Source: an uncultured bacterium (GTDB lineage Bacteria > Fidelibacterota > Marinisomatia > Marinisomatales > UBA1611). Taken from it: a stretch of 58,060 nt of DNA. The first letter of the stretch is position 1; every line of letters begins with the position of its first letter. The notes under the pieces were generated by a model. That model did no database searches. It was given only the letters and a program-made list of their open reading frames with translations, and had not been told where the DNA came from. Shown in pieces: positions 1 to 9,121 of this stretch. The stretch is taken from the NCBI GenBank assembly GCA_964404235.1, contig CAYOJL010000002.1, positions 1 to 58,060 of the forward strand, read 5' to 3'. The translations under genes and the position numbers were made by a program.

Positions 1-42
1 CGAAGCCATAAATAAATAAAATATGATGATACATTTCTTCAT
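1..42 (-). CDS. First 14 codons of a gene running off the left edge; hydrophobic signal-like N-terminus MKKCIIIFYLFMAS
   Basis: Minus-strand ATG at 40-42 is preceded by AAGGAG (49-54) with a 6-nt spacer. The frame stays open to position 1. Confidence 0.4.
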   Translation of the reverse strand, partial: MKKCIIIFYLFMAS

Positions 43-92
43 ACCAGACTCCTTAATGATATGAAAATGTAATAAGAATCGCTTGTAAAAAC

Positions 93-121
93 AAAAAACC
101 CCGCAACAAGGCGGGGTTTTT
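93..121 (-). terminator. Rho-independent terminator, symmetric enough to act in both directions
   Basis: GC stem ccccgc (99-104) pairs with gcgggg (111-116) around a 6-nt loop. It is flanked by an A-run (93-98) and a T-run (117-121), 34 nt downstream of the stop of CDS 155..1030. Confidence 0.75.
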
Positions 122-154
122 GATTCAACATTTTCTATATATTAGAATGAACAG

Positions 155-1030
155 TCATCGCAAAAATTGAAAAATATTTTCAGTTACTATCCCCAAATAC
201 TTTTTTGATCTTACTATATTAAAATGTGTAGCATCTGGTATGATCACCAGATTAGCATCAGGCAAATATTCTGATATTTTCATGGTATGGCCAGGTTTTA
301 TTCTCCCATCATTCCCTGCTACAATAACGAGCATAGGATTCTCTATGGATCTAAGATCAGATGATGAAAATGAAGGATAAAGTACTGTTCCATATTCCAT
401 CATTAGTTTTTTTGTGTAATCGAATTTTTCTTCTTCCCCAAGTTTTTTATGGGCACGGTCAAAGAGATCTAAGGTTAAACTATTTCTGCCATTTTGATTA
501 TCCATAAAACCATTTTCTGTAAGATAATCATGGCCATTCTTTTTGAAATCAATACCATCATGATGATACAAGGAGGCAATTGAGACTCCTTTGATCATTT
601 TATCTTGAAAGAATTTCCCAATGGATAGTACAACAAATCCACCTGCACTATGACCTACAGCATGGAACTGCTCTATACCAATCTCATCGGTCACATTGAT
701 AATATCTTCAGCTATTAAATGATAGGAAAAAGGTCGTTCACCAACTGTGGTTCTTCCATGCCCCCTAAGATCAATACCAATTACGTAATATTGCTCTGAA
801 AGCTCTTTTAAGATATCACGATAAACCTCTGTAAAAGCCAATATCCCATGAATGAATACTAAAGGCGGATCATTTTTATTCCCTAGCGTATAGTAGTATT
901 GAGTTATATCACCGGATTCAATTTTATGCATCTCACTATCTCTGATAGGTTTACTGATTTCAGAAGCAATATAACCCGTGCAATTGATAGTCAGAAAAAT
1001 GGTTAGAAACATTGAATAAAATATTTTCAT
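155..1030 (-). CDS. Secreted alpha/beta-fold hydrolase
   Basis: 291-aa ORF with a hydrophobic N-terminus and a lipobox-like LTINC. It has an HG oxyanion motif (FIHGILAF), a nucleophile elbow GHSAGG and a C-terminal DATHF His. Confidence 0.85.
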   Translation of the reverse strand: MKIFYSMFLTIFLTINCTGYIASEISKPIRDSEMHKIESGDITQYYYTLGNKNDPPLVFIHGILAFTEVYRDILKELSEQYYVIGIDLRGHGRTTVGERPFSYHLIAEDIINVTDEIGIEQFHAVGHSAGGFVVLSIGKFFQDKMIKGVSIASLYHHDGIDFKKNGHDYLTENGFMDNQNGRNSLTLDLFDRAHKKLGEEEKFDYTKKLMMEYGTVLYPSFSSSDLRSIENPMLVIVAGNDGRIKPGHTMKISEYLPDANLVIIPDATHFNIVRSKKYLGIVTENIFQFLR

Positions 1031-1064
1031 ATCAATATTGAATAATTATTTTTTTATTAATCAA

Positions 1065-2756
1065 TTATAGTTCAGGGTTTATCGTTGAAATAGATACACC
1101 CTGGACTATCTTATAGTAATGATTCGGCTTTAGATCCTTAAATATTTCTTTTTCTGAACCTGGCCAATCAATTGAAATGGACCTTACCAATTGATCACTA
1201 TTGATACCAAATACCACCCTTGTATCATTAGAAGTTAGATAGCTACCTGCGGGATTTACCCAGGCTACCTGTTCACTGGATTCAGTTGATATCATGATCT
1301 TACTACCAATGGCCTGCCGATTACAGGTCCTACCCTCAAGTTCAAAACCTATCCAATTATTCTTCGGATCACCCTCATTGATCAATAGCTTGGCTGCTCC
1401 ATTATTATTTGAGACCATAATATCAATATCACCATCATTATCTATATCACCAAATGCAGATCCTCTGCTCACTGCTTTATGTAATAGATCTCCTCCGATC
1501 ATTTTAGTTATATCAATGAAAGATCCATTTTTTTGATTGAGATAAACTTGATTATACTGAGCATGACGATAATCTTTATTGAAGAGATCAATATTATCAA
1601 TGACATGACCATTAGCTACATATATATCAAGCCAACCATCAAGGTCCAGATCTACCAATTTTGTTCCAAATGCAAGAAAATGGATACTTGGTGTTCCAAG
1701 TCCGATCTCATTCGTTGCATCCGAAAAAGTACCAGATCCTTGATTAAGATATAACGTATTGGTCTCTCCACTATAATTCGTAACATATATATCTAACCAG
1801 CCATCACGATCAATATCTCCAAGATCGACCCCCATACCAGCTTCAGCCAGACCATTGCCATTAAAACCAACTCCCATGAATAATGCACTTTCAGTGAATC
1901 TCCCTCTACCATTATTAATGAATAGTAGGTTCATATCTTTATCATTTGCTACATAAATATCCATATCCCCATCATTATCTACGTCTCCTGGTACAACACC
2001 CATTCCCCTTAGACGGTACCTGCCTATACCAGATCGATTAGAGCGGTCAATGAACTTACCATTCTTATTGTAATAGAATTTATCTTCAACCCCAAGGAAG
2101 ATATCAGGGTCGCAATAAGACCTTGCAAATAATTCACCATGCTTTGGGTATTGCAAAGGACTAGTACATTCAGGATTATTATCTATCGAATAGTCAACAT
2201 AATTAGTGACATATAGATCTAGGAGTCCATCGTTATCACTGTCAAAGAAAGCCGCACTCATACCCATTGAATGATTATCGATCCCAAGGTCTAGGGTTAC
2301 ATCGGTGAAAGTTCCATCACTATTATTCCGATAAAGTATATCCTTACCGAAATTTGTAACATAAAGATCTATATCACCATCATTGTCATAATCTCCGCAG
2401 GCACAACCCATGCTATAACTTTTATCGCCCACACCGGCCTCATTTGTGACATCGATCCATTCCAAATTATCATTTCTAAAAAGTCTATTTTCTAAGAGGG
2501 CATCCTTATTCCATCCAGGTAAGGGCGATGACTGGGGATAATATGCATCTAGGTCACCATCATTATCATAGTCAAATATGCAAATACCTGAACCCATTGA
2601 TTCAACATAATAGTATTCTCCAGATCCTCCATGATCATGAATAAAATCCAATGCTCCCTGTTCCGCGATATCCTTGAAAGAAAGCTTCTGACCCCAAGAA
2701 AAAGTAATGAGATAGATGTAAATGGCTAGCTTATGCAACTTAATAGAAGATCGCAT
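1065..2756 (-). CDS. FG-GAP/VCBS repeat protein with C-terminal ASPIC/UnbV-like domain (CRTAC1-like)
   Basis: 563-aa ORF with a signal peptide. It carries at least 7 Ca-binding loops of type DxDxDGxxDhYV (DYDNDGDLD, DYDNDGDIDLYV, DSDNDGLLDLYV, DVDNDGDMDIYV, DIDRDGWLDIYV, DLDLDGWLDIYV, DIDNDGDIDIMV). The C-terminal segment is ASPIC/UnbV-like. Confidence 0.85.
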   Translation of the reverse strand: MRSSIKLHKLAIYIYLITFSWGQKLSFKDIAEQGALDFIHDHGGSGEYYYVESMGSGICIFDYDNDGDLDAYYPQSSPLPGWNKDALLENRLFRNDNLEWIDVTNEAGVGDKSYSMGCACGDYDNDGDIDLYVTNFGKDILYRNNSDGTFTDVTLDLGIDNHSMGMSAAFFDSDNDGLLDLYVTNYVDYSIDNNPECTSPLQYPKHGELFARSYCDPDIFLGVEDKFYYNKNGKFIDRSNRSGIGRYRLRGMGVVPGDVDNDGDMDIYVANDKDMNLLFINNGRGRFTESALFMGVGFNGNGLAEAGMGVDLGDIDRDGWLDIYVTNYSGETNTLYLNQGSGTFSDATNEIGLGTPSIHFLAFGTKLVDLDLDGWLDIYVANGHVIDNIDLFNKDYRHAQYNQVYLNQKNGSFIDITKMIGGDLLHKAVSRGSAFGDIDNDGDIDIMVSNNNGAAKLLINEGDPKNNWIGFELEGRTCNRQAIGSKIMISTESSEQVAWVNPAGSYLTSNDTRVVFGINSDQLVRSISIDWPGSEKEIFKDLKPNHYYKIVQGVSISTINPEL

Positions 2757-2762
2757 TAATTA

Positions 2763-3680
2763 TTAATAGTCCTCTGTACCATCAAGTGTACCATCTTTAT
2801 TATAGTAGGTCCATCTACCCTGCTGTTCACCATTAATAAAATTCCCTTCTTCCTTCTTTTGCCCATTGTCATACCATTCCGTACGCAGACCATGAGGCCT
2901 GCCATTAATAAAATGCATTACCGATCTCTTATTTCCATTTGAGTGCCATAATACATGCTTACCTATTGGGGCCTTATTCTTATAGTGGCCTTGTCCTTTT
3001 TTATTACCATTTTCATACCACTGTATCCATAGGCCTCCTGGTGTCCCCTCTTCTTTCTTTTGACCATTCTCGTACCAATCTATTCGTGATCCAACTATAT
3101 CTCCATTCTTGAAATTTGCTTCGGATTTTTTGTTCCCATTGGGGTGCCAAAAAGTATGAATACCCTCTTCTTTATTTTTTACATAATTGCCTTGTGCACT
3201 TTTAAGACCGGTCGGGTACCATTTTATCCACTGACCATTAAATTGATCATCAATGAAATGTCCCTCTTCTTTCTTTTGACCATTATCATACCACTCAGTA
3301 CGTGACCCATTTGCTTTACCATTTTTAAAAGATGCCTTTAATTTTATCTGATCATTATCGTACCATAATTCCCAAACACCCGTAGCTTTACCATTCTTAT
3401 AGTTTTCTTTACTTTTTATTGTACCATTTTCATACCATTCATGCCATGAACCGTCTTTTTTACCATCTGATACATCTCCATTACTTCTTAAGCTATTATT
3501 GCTATATGATGAATAAATCGGTCCATTATATGGTTCATTTTGACCTTTTAAATAATATTTATTATCCCTTTGCACCATTTCATTTTCAAAGTCGATAGGC
3601 TCTTTTCCACAATTCAAATGAAAAAGACATAGCAGAGCTACTGATAAAATGATCAATTTTGATCTTATTCTGTTAATCAT
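2763..3680 (-). CDS. MORN-variant (YwqK-type) repeat lipoprotein
   Basis: 305-aa ORF with lipoprotein signal LFHLNC. About ten tandem units follow the form G-x-W-x-x-WY-x-NG-x-K. The block EWYDNGQKKEEG occurs three times. Confidence 0.85.
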   Translation of the reverse strand: MINRIRSKLIILSVALLCLFHLNCGKEPIDFENEMVQRDNKYYLKGQNEPYNGPIYSSYSNNSLRSNGDVSDGKKDGSWHEWYENGTIKSKENYKNGKATGVWELWYDNDQIKLKASFKNGKANGSRTEWYDNGQKKEEGHFIDDQFNGQWIKWYPTGLKSAQGNYVKNKEEGIHTFWHPNGNKKSEANFKNGDIVGSRIDWYENGQKKEEGTPGGLWIQWYENGNKKGQGHYKNKAPIGKHVLWHSNGNKRSVMHFINGRPHGLRTEWYDNGQKKEEGNFINGEQQGRWTYYNKDGTLDGTEDY

Positions 3681-3692
3681 TGATGATCAAAC

Positions 3693-5468
3693 CTATTTTA
3701 AAAGAACCACTTTTTTTGTATCGATAAGATCGCCAGCTTCAATTGTCAAAAAGTATACCCCAGCACTTACAGATCGTCCCGCATCATTTTTTGCATGCCA
3801 TGTCATTGACCTATGACCAGATTCTTGGTAACCATTGAAAAAGTTGTTTATTACTCTTCCATAAATATCATAAATAATAATAGTAACCTGTGTACTATTT
3901 GGTAAATAATAACTAAGTGTGGTAATGGGATTGAACGGATTAGGATAAGTATCATAGACCTTATATGTATTAATGTCCTGGTCTAATGTTGAAAGTATGC
4001 TACCACAACTAGTTGTATCCTGATACCCCATATAATTATCCAGACAGGGAGGATAGGGCGAACAAAATTGATTATTGGATATATTAAAATATATAGAATT
4101 ACTCCAGTCAAGATTGAGATCGCAAATGCTTTCATCAATATTCCCACTTAATTGATTATCACTTATATATAGATATTCAAGATCTAATAGATCATTTATT
4201 TCGACAGGTAATTCTCCAGTTAATTGGTTATCATATAAGAATAACTTTTCAAGACCAGTGAGCCCGCCTATACTATTAGGAATAGAGCCAGAAATACTAT
4301 TACCATATAAGAACAATTGAGTTAAACTCGATAATCCACCTATTGAAGAAGGTATTTGTCCAGTGAGTTCATTATCATATAAATATAGGTATTTCAAATT
4401 AACAAGGTTTCCTATCTCTTCTGGAATTTCACCTGTCAATTCATTACCATATAAAAATAAATATTCAAGATTAATTAAATCTCCTATCTCTGGAGGAATA
4501 TTACCAGTTAGACCGGTATTGCCAAGATTCAAAGAATCGGTATTTTCGATCATATAACAATCGCCCCATAAATCGAACTGCCGTTGAGGTATAGAGGCAC
4601 AGTTAGAGGTATCTTGGGAATCAATATTATCCATTATACAATCAGGATAAGGCGGACAGAACTGATTTTCAGACATTTTTACTAATGTAGTATTGTTCCA
4701 ATCCAGATCCATCTCACAAATGTTGCAAGGTAATTCTCCAACAAATTGATTTTCATATATCCAAAAATAATTTAAACTGGCTAGCCTTGTTATCGCAGAT
4801 GGGATCAGACCAGATAGTTGATTATCATAAAGATATAAATGAGTTAAGTTTATGAGATTCCCTATCTCAGTAGGTAGTGACCCATTGAGCTGATTCTGAT
4901 TTAAATATAGCTGAGATAAATTAGTTAGATCACCTATTTCAGCAGGTATAGATCCACTAAGATCATTACCATGTAAATAAAGATGCTCTAGATCAGAGAG
5001 GTTACCTATCTCTGGTGGAATTTGACCTGATAATTCGTTCATGAACAAACTCAGATATGCTAAACTTGCTAGGTTGCCTATCTCGCTGGGAATCGTACCA
5101 ACAAGTTGGTTACCATACAATTTCAGGGCAATTAGATTAGTCAGATTTCCAATTCCAGTTGGGATAGTTCCAGTGAGCTCATTATTCTGCAAATATAAAT
5201 AATTCAAGTTGATAAGATTGCCTATCTCAGTAGGAATAGATCCAGATAAATTATTTGCAGCAAGATCTAAATAAACCAGATTAATAAGATCTCCTATAGC
5301 TGGTGGAATCTCTCCATAAATATTTTGTCCAGTAAGATCTAGATGAACGGTACTATCAATAGAATAGCAGTTACTCCATAATTCTACTTCATCTTCATCA
5401 CAATCTTGACCGATCAGAAAACTCAAAATAATTAAAAACAAATATTTACTTTTAGATCCAAACATCAT
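3693..5468 (-). CDS. Secreted leucine-rich-repeat protein with plant-type 24-residue LRRs in two duplicated modules and a T9SS C-terminal sorting domain
   Basis: 591-aa ORF with a signal peptide. It has 8+5 exact 24-aa units LxLxxNxLxGxIPxxIGxLxxLxx. Each module is capped by LWxxCY and NQFCxPYPxC. The C-terminus reads YPNPFNP...VYFL....KVVLLK. Confidence 0.9.
   Translation of the reverse strand: MMFGSKSKYLFLIILSFLIGQDCDEDEVELWSNCYSIDSTVHLDLTGQNIYGEIPPAIGDLINLVYLDLAANNLSGSIPTEIGNLINLNYLYLQNNELTGTIPTGIGNLTNLIALKLYGNQLVGTIPSEIGNLASLAYLSLFMNELSGQIPPEIGNLSDLEHLYLHGNDLSGSIPAEIGDLTNLSQLYLNQNQLNGSLPTEIGNLINLTHLYLYDNQLSGLIPSAITRLASLNYFWIYENQFVGELPCNICEMDLDWNNTTLVKMSENQFCPPYPDCIMDNIDSQDTSNCASIPQRQFDLWGDCYMIENTDSLNLGNTGLTGNIPPEIGDLINLEYLFLYGNELTGEIPEEIGNLVNLKYLYLYDNELTGQIPSSIGGLSSLTQLFLYGNSISGSIPNSIGGLTGLEKLFLYDNQLTGELPVEINDLLDLEYLYISDNQLSGNIDESICDLNLDWSNSIYFNISNNQFCSPYPPCLDNYMGYQDTTSCGSILSTLDQDINTYKVYDTYPNPFNPITTLSYYLPNSTQVTIIIYDIYGRVINNFFNGYQESGHRSMTWHAKNDAGRSVSAGVYFLTIEAGDLIDTKKVVLLK
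4005..5387 (-). repeat. Intragenic duplication: LRR module A (4599-5387) and module B (4005-4577)
   Basis: Both modules begin (V/F)(E/D)LW(S/G)(N/D)CY(S/M)I(D/E)(S/N)T. Both end NQFC(P/S)PYP(D/P)C...QDT(S/T)(N/S)C. Confidence 0.85.
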
Positions 5469-5817
5469 TATCCGCAGTTAGATTATTGGTCCTCTCGCCT
5501 GTATTGACTACTCCTCTTGGTTCTACTAACATGATCTTACACTCTTCCTCAGCAATTGGCTTATGTTGAACTCCTTTTGGAACAACATACATATCACCCT
5601 GTTCCAATTCTATTTTTCCATTTCGAAATTCTATCTCCATTCTACCATCAATGACTATAAATACCTCATCAGTATCCTTATGTTCATGCCAGGTGAATTC
5701 CCCCTTTATTTTTGCGAGTTTAAATTGATAGTCATTCATCTCTGCAATGACCTTTGGCGACCAATACTCAGAGAACTTTTGAAACTTTTCATTTATATTT
5801 ATTTTTTTTGTGTTCAT
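5452..5817 (-). CDS. Cupin-domain protein
   Basis: 121-aa ORF with cupin motifs HEHKDTDEVFIVIDG and GDMYVVPKGVQHKP. It overlaps the LRR gene start by 17 nt. Confidence 0.85.
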   Translation of the reverse strand: MNTKKININEKFQKFSEYWSPKVIAEMNDYQFKLAKIKGEFTWHEHKDTDEVFIVIDGRMEIEFRNGKIELEQGDMYVVPKGVQHKPIAEEECKIMLVEPRGVVNTGERTNNLTADNDVWI

Positions 5818-5820
5818 TTT

Positions 5821-6663
5821 TTACTTATTGTTGAATTTAGCCCCTACTGGAGCACGATAGGACTGAAAGGGAATCATAAGAAGATTTTTAATACTGGAAT
5901 GCTCATAACTTTCCATATGAGTATCAATACCATATACAAGTTCATTCATTATATCTAATTCTTTAACTGTACCAAAAATATGATCCCAGATAGAGAATAT
6001 ATTGCCATAATTACTATCTGTATGAGGTTGAACATAATGATGATGTATCTTATGAAAATTCGGTGTTACAAAAATATAGCTTAAAAATTTATCTAACTTA
6101 TCTGGAATCTTGATATTTGCATGTGTAAAGTGAGCAAAGAAAACTGAAATGGTCTGATACATCATTACAAGACCAAAGGATGCTCCTGTGATAAAGACAG
6201 CTAAAGTAGTAAAGCATAAACGAAAGATATTTTCTCCAGGATGAGCTCTTAACCCGCTAGTTGCATCAACATAGGGATCTGTATGGTGTATCAAATGGAA
6301 TTTCCACATCCATTTCACAGAATGCTGTATCCAATGAATCAGCCAGGCACCTATTAGATCTAATAATACAAGACCAATAATCACATAAAGCCAGATTGGA
6401 AGTTCAAATATATTCAATAAACCAAATTCATGGATCTCATTATAACTAACAGCTGCCATGATACCCATTGCTCCAAATAAATTGACAATAATTGTTATAA
6501 GTGTAAATACTATATTGATCCCTGCATGATCAAGTTTTTTATAATTCATTTTAAATAGAGGGATGCCTGACTCTATCAAAAGAAGTAGGGCCAAACCACC
6601 TATTAAGAGTCCACTTCTCACCTCTGTAGTTATTTGAGCAAAAAATTGGAGTAATTCATTCAT
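5821..6663 (-). CDS. Fatty-acid hydroxylase / sterol desaturase family membrane protein
   Basis: Membrane ORF with His boxes HWIQH, HLIHH and HKIHHH. I chose the ATG at 6663; the ORF-track start at 6705 is a TTG. Confidence 0.8.
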   Translation of the reverse strand: MNELLQFFAQITTEVRSGLLIGGLALLLLIESGIPLFKMNYKKLDHAGINIVFTLITIIVNLFGAMGIMAAVSYNEIHEFGLLNIFELPIWLYVIIGLVLLDLIGAWLIHWIQHSVKWMWKFHLIHHTDPYVDATSGLRAHPGENIFRLCFTTLAVFITGASFGLVMMYQTISVFFAHFTHANIKIPDKLDKFLSYIFVTPNFHKIHHHYVQPHTDSNYGNIFSIWDHIFGTVKELDIMNELVYGIDTHMESYEHSSIKNLLMIPFQSYRAPVGAKFNNK

Positions 6664-6740
6664 AATTATATAGTGAAGAGTAAAGCTGGCTAAAATAAAC
6701 TGCAAATAAAATTAGATTCTATATGAATAATCAAGGTCAT

Positions 6741-6762
6741 TTTCAATTTAGTGCAATTGAAA
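6741..6762. promoter_or_regulatory. Perfect 8-bp inverted repeat, candidate operator upstream of the hydroxylase/cupin genes
   Basis: tttcaatt (6741-6748), spacer tagtgc, aattgaaa (6755-6762), in the 159-nt intergenic region. Confidence 0.3.
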
Positions 6763-6772
6763 TAATCTAACG

Positions 6773-6799
6773 AAAAAAATCAAGGTAAAATTCCTTGAT
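6773..6799 (-). terminator. Rho-independent terminator after the 750-aa OMP gene
   Basis: On the minus strand, stem atcaagg/ccttgat (6779-6785 with 6793-6799) has a 7-nt loop and is followed by a T-run (complement of 6773-6778). It lies 66 nt past the stop at 6865. Confidence 0.65.
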
Positions 6800-6864
6800 C
6801 GTCACTCAGCTCAAATAATTATTTAATTATAAACAGTTCTATCAATATATCAATAAAACCAAGA

Positions 6865-9117
6865 TTAAAATGAATATTCAAGGTTTACCCTTGCAATAAT
6901 GGTATTCTTACTTAAACCATTTGTCTCTTTTGATCTGAATTCACCCTGGGCATTCAAACTAAGATCTTCTATGATATTCCAACGTAGACCAGCTTTGAAT
7001 CCTAGCCAAGACATATCAACCATGCCTGTACCACTTGCAGCGTTTATTCCACTCCTTGCTAATAATCGATTATTTAAAAAAGGATAATTTGCATCAATAC
7101 CAAAAGTAAGAAAATCTTGTGAACCCCTTTCCCCTGGTCCAGTGCTTAATTCACTAGAGTTTGTTGTGATATTTAACCTTGTTTCTAGAGGTGAGTTATA
7201 TCGCGTTGATAAGGATATATTGATAACTTGGGTCGAAATGGAGGGATCGACGAAAAATTGAGAACGATCAGTATATTTATCCTCTTTTTCAACAATGACC
7301 AACGTTCCACTTAAAGAATGATCCCATAGAAGATTAAAACGATGATTTAAATTGACCATTATATTATTTGTATGTGTTTTCTCTCTATTATCGGTATATG
7401 TTGTATCAGTTAATTGCACTATCTCATCAATACCATTATCTCTATTTATAGAACGATAGTTGAAATTCACTGTAGGAAGTCTTGGTCCTGGTACAGCATT
7501 AAAACCAAAAGAGAGAGTGTTTTGGGTCTTTATATTCTCGACTGATGTTAATATATCATCATCTTGATGTTTATAGCCAATATTGAACATAAGCCTATTA
7601 TTAAATAATTTAAATTTGTCACTTATAGACCATTCTCGTTTATTTTTTACAATATATGGATTAGCTAATGAATTGAATTCTGAACCAACTTGACTATACT
7701 CAAGTGCTAGATAATTACCATGAAAGTTTGTGATTGCTCTTCCACGATAAGCAAGGGATGGCATGGAGAATATAGCATCCACAAGATCTATGGTACTATT
7801 ATCACCAAAAGCATTGATATCAATTGGAACCAATGGGGCGAGATTTGAATTAATGATCAGATACTGCTCATAATCTGCTGGGTCTGGAAAGCTACTTAGA
7901 TCAAAACTAGAAAGTTTATTATCAAGAGAATCATCAATAAGCGTATCTAACTCTGCAAGTGTAAGTGGCCCCCCCCAAATATTATTATTGGTCATGCTAA
8001 AGGCGACCTCCCCATCAATCCGCAAACGTTTACTAAAAAGATTTAACCCTAGATCTGAACTGATAACTAGATTATCCTTAGGTCCATTACCAGACCAATC
8101 TTTACCTTCTAGTATTTGTGCTCTTGTTCCTAATTCATTGATAGTATATACAATTCCAGAGTCTAGGCCATCAATTGATCCAGTAACATCAGGAGAATAA
8201 ATTATTTCTGCATTGGATAGTTCTTTATCTACACTATTAGTATCATCCCGGGCTTTCATTAAACTAAATCCCCATTGAAATATATCTCCCCGTCCAATAG
8301 CCAATCTTGCAGAGGTTACATTCTGTTGGAAAGTATAGCCAGAGCGACTAAGTGCTATATATTTCCCCCCTAGAATATCCGTATTTATATCATATGAATA
8401 TGCCATAGAAGGATCTCCTTGTATAGCACGATTTATCTCACCCTGTACAAAATGAAAATTAAACAATCCATATTTCAGATTAAGATCCAATCCTCTGACC
8501 CTCTTCCCGTTAATAGTGTATTGAGACATTCTTGGGTTAGAATCTCCCATATTTATATTCAAAATATCTTTAACACCCATACTAAATCCGTAGATATTTC
8601 TAGGTTGATAAAGTTGATTCTCTTGACTGGTCATTTTAAGGTTGGTCTTAAAAGTAAGCCATTCAAAAGCTGAACCCTTGAAATCAAGTGTCAATTTATT
8701 GATATTTAGTGTCTGGCTATCAACCTGATCCATACTACTACTAGATCTTATTTTCCCTGAATAATTAACCGCTGGGTCTTTAGCAATTGTTATAAAGTCC
8801 CAAATTACAGGTTGATTCATACCATCAATGATAAGGTTTACTTTGTGCTCTCCGGGATCGACCTGATCAAGTAAACAACTTACCATATCAGAATCAATGT
8901 AAGCCTGATCTGTTACATCCGAACCATCTAATAATAATGTGATAGAATTATGGTCAAGGTTGTTAGCACCAATAAGAGAGACCGCGATCAAAACATTTTC
9001 CCCAGATACTTCTGATCTTGGTTCTGGGCTCAGAATCAGAATGCCTGATTGACCAAAAATAAAGTTGGTTATTAAAAAAAGAGTATATATAAGGAAGGAA
9101 ATATGTCTATAAATCAT
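6865..9117 (-). CDS. Large predicted outer-membrane beta-barrel protein, family not recognised
   Basis: 750-aa ORF with a signal peptide and an Ig-like N-terminal segment. Long alternating hydrophobic/polar beta-strand patterning follows, ending in NLEYSF with the terminal aromatic residue typical of OMPs. Confidence 0.75.
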   Translation of the reverse strand: MIYRHISFLIYTLFLITNFIFGQSGILILSPEPRSEVSGENVLIAVSLIGANNLDHNSITLLLDGSDVTDQAYIDSDMVSCLLDQVDPGEHKVNLIIDGMNQPVIWDFITIAKDPAVNYSGKIRSSSSMDQVDSQTLNINKLTLDFKGSAFEWLTFKTNLKMTSQENQLYQPRNIYGFSMGVKDILNINMGDSNPRMSQYTINGKRVRGLDLNLKYGLFNFHFVQGEINRAIQGDPSMAYSYDINTDILGGKYIALSRSGYTFQQNVTSARLAIGRGDIFQWGFSLMKARDDTNSVDKELSNAEIIYSPDVTGSIDGLDSGIVYTINELGTRAQILEGKDWSGNGPKDNLVISSDLGLNLFSKRLRIDGEVAFSMTNNNIWGGPLTLAELDTLIDDSLDNKLSSFDLSSFPDPADYEQYLIINSNLAPLVPIDINAFGDNSTIDLVDAIFSMPSLAYRGRAITNFHGNYLALEYSQVGSEFNSLANPYIVKNKREWSISDKFKLFNNRLMFNIGYKHQDDDILTSVENIKTQNTLSFGFNAVPGPRLPTVNFNYRSINRDNGIDEIVQLTDTTYTDNREKTHTNNIMVNLNHRFNLLWDHSLSGTLVIVEKEDKYTDRSQFFVDPSISTQVINISLSTRYNSPLETRLNITTNSSELSTGPGERGSQDFLTFGIDANYPFLNNRLLARSGINAASGTGMVDMSWLGFKAGLRWNIIEDLSLNAQGEFRSKETNGLSKNTIIARVNLEYSF

Positions 9118-9121
9118 AAAC

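Noticed and set aside
2763-3680. Reading the MORN-variant protein as a YwqK-type antitoxin of a toxin-antitoxin pair
   Set aside because: It has a lipoprotein export signal and no adjacent toxin-like gene. The repeat scaffold is more consistent with a surface or periplasmic binding protein.
5563-5958. 131-aa plus-strand ORF spanning the cupin/hydroxylase junction
   Set aside because: It is antisense to two well-supported genes, and the AT-rich translation is dominated by Ile/Phe/Leu/Tyr. It is most likely spurious.
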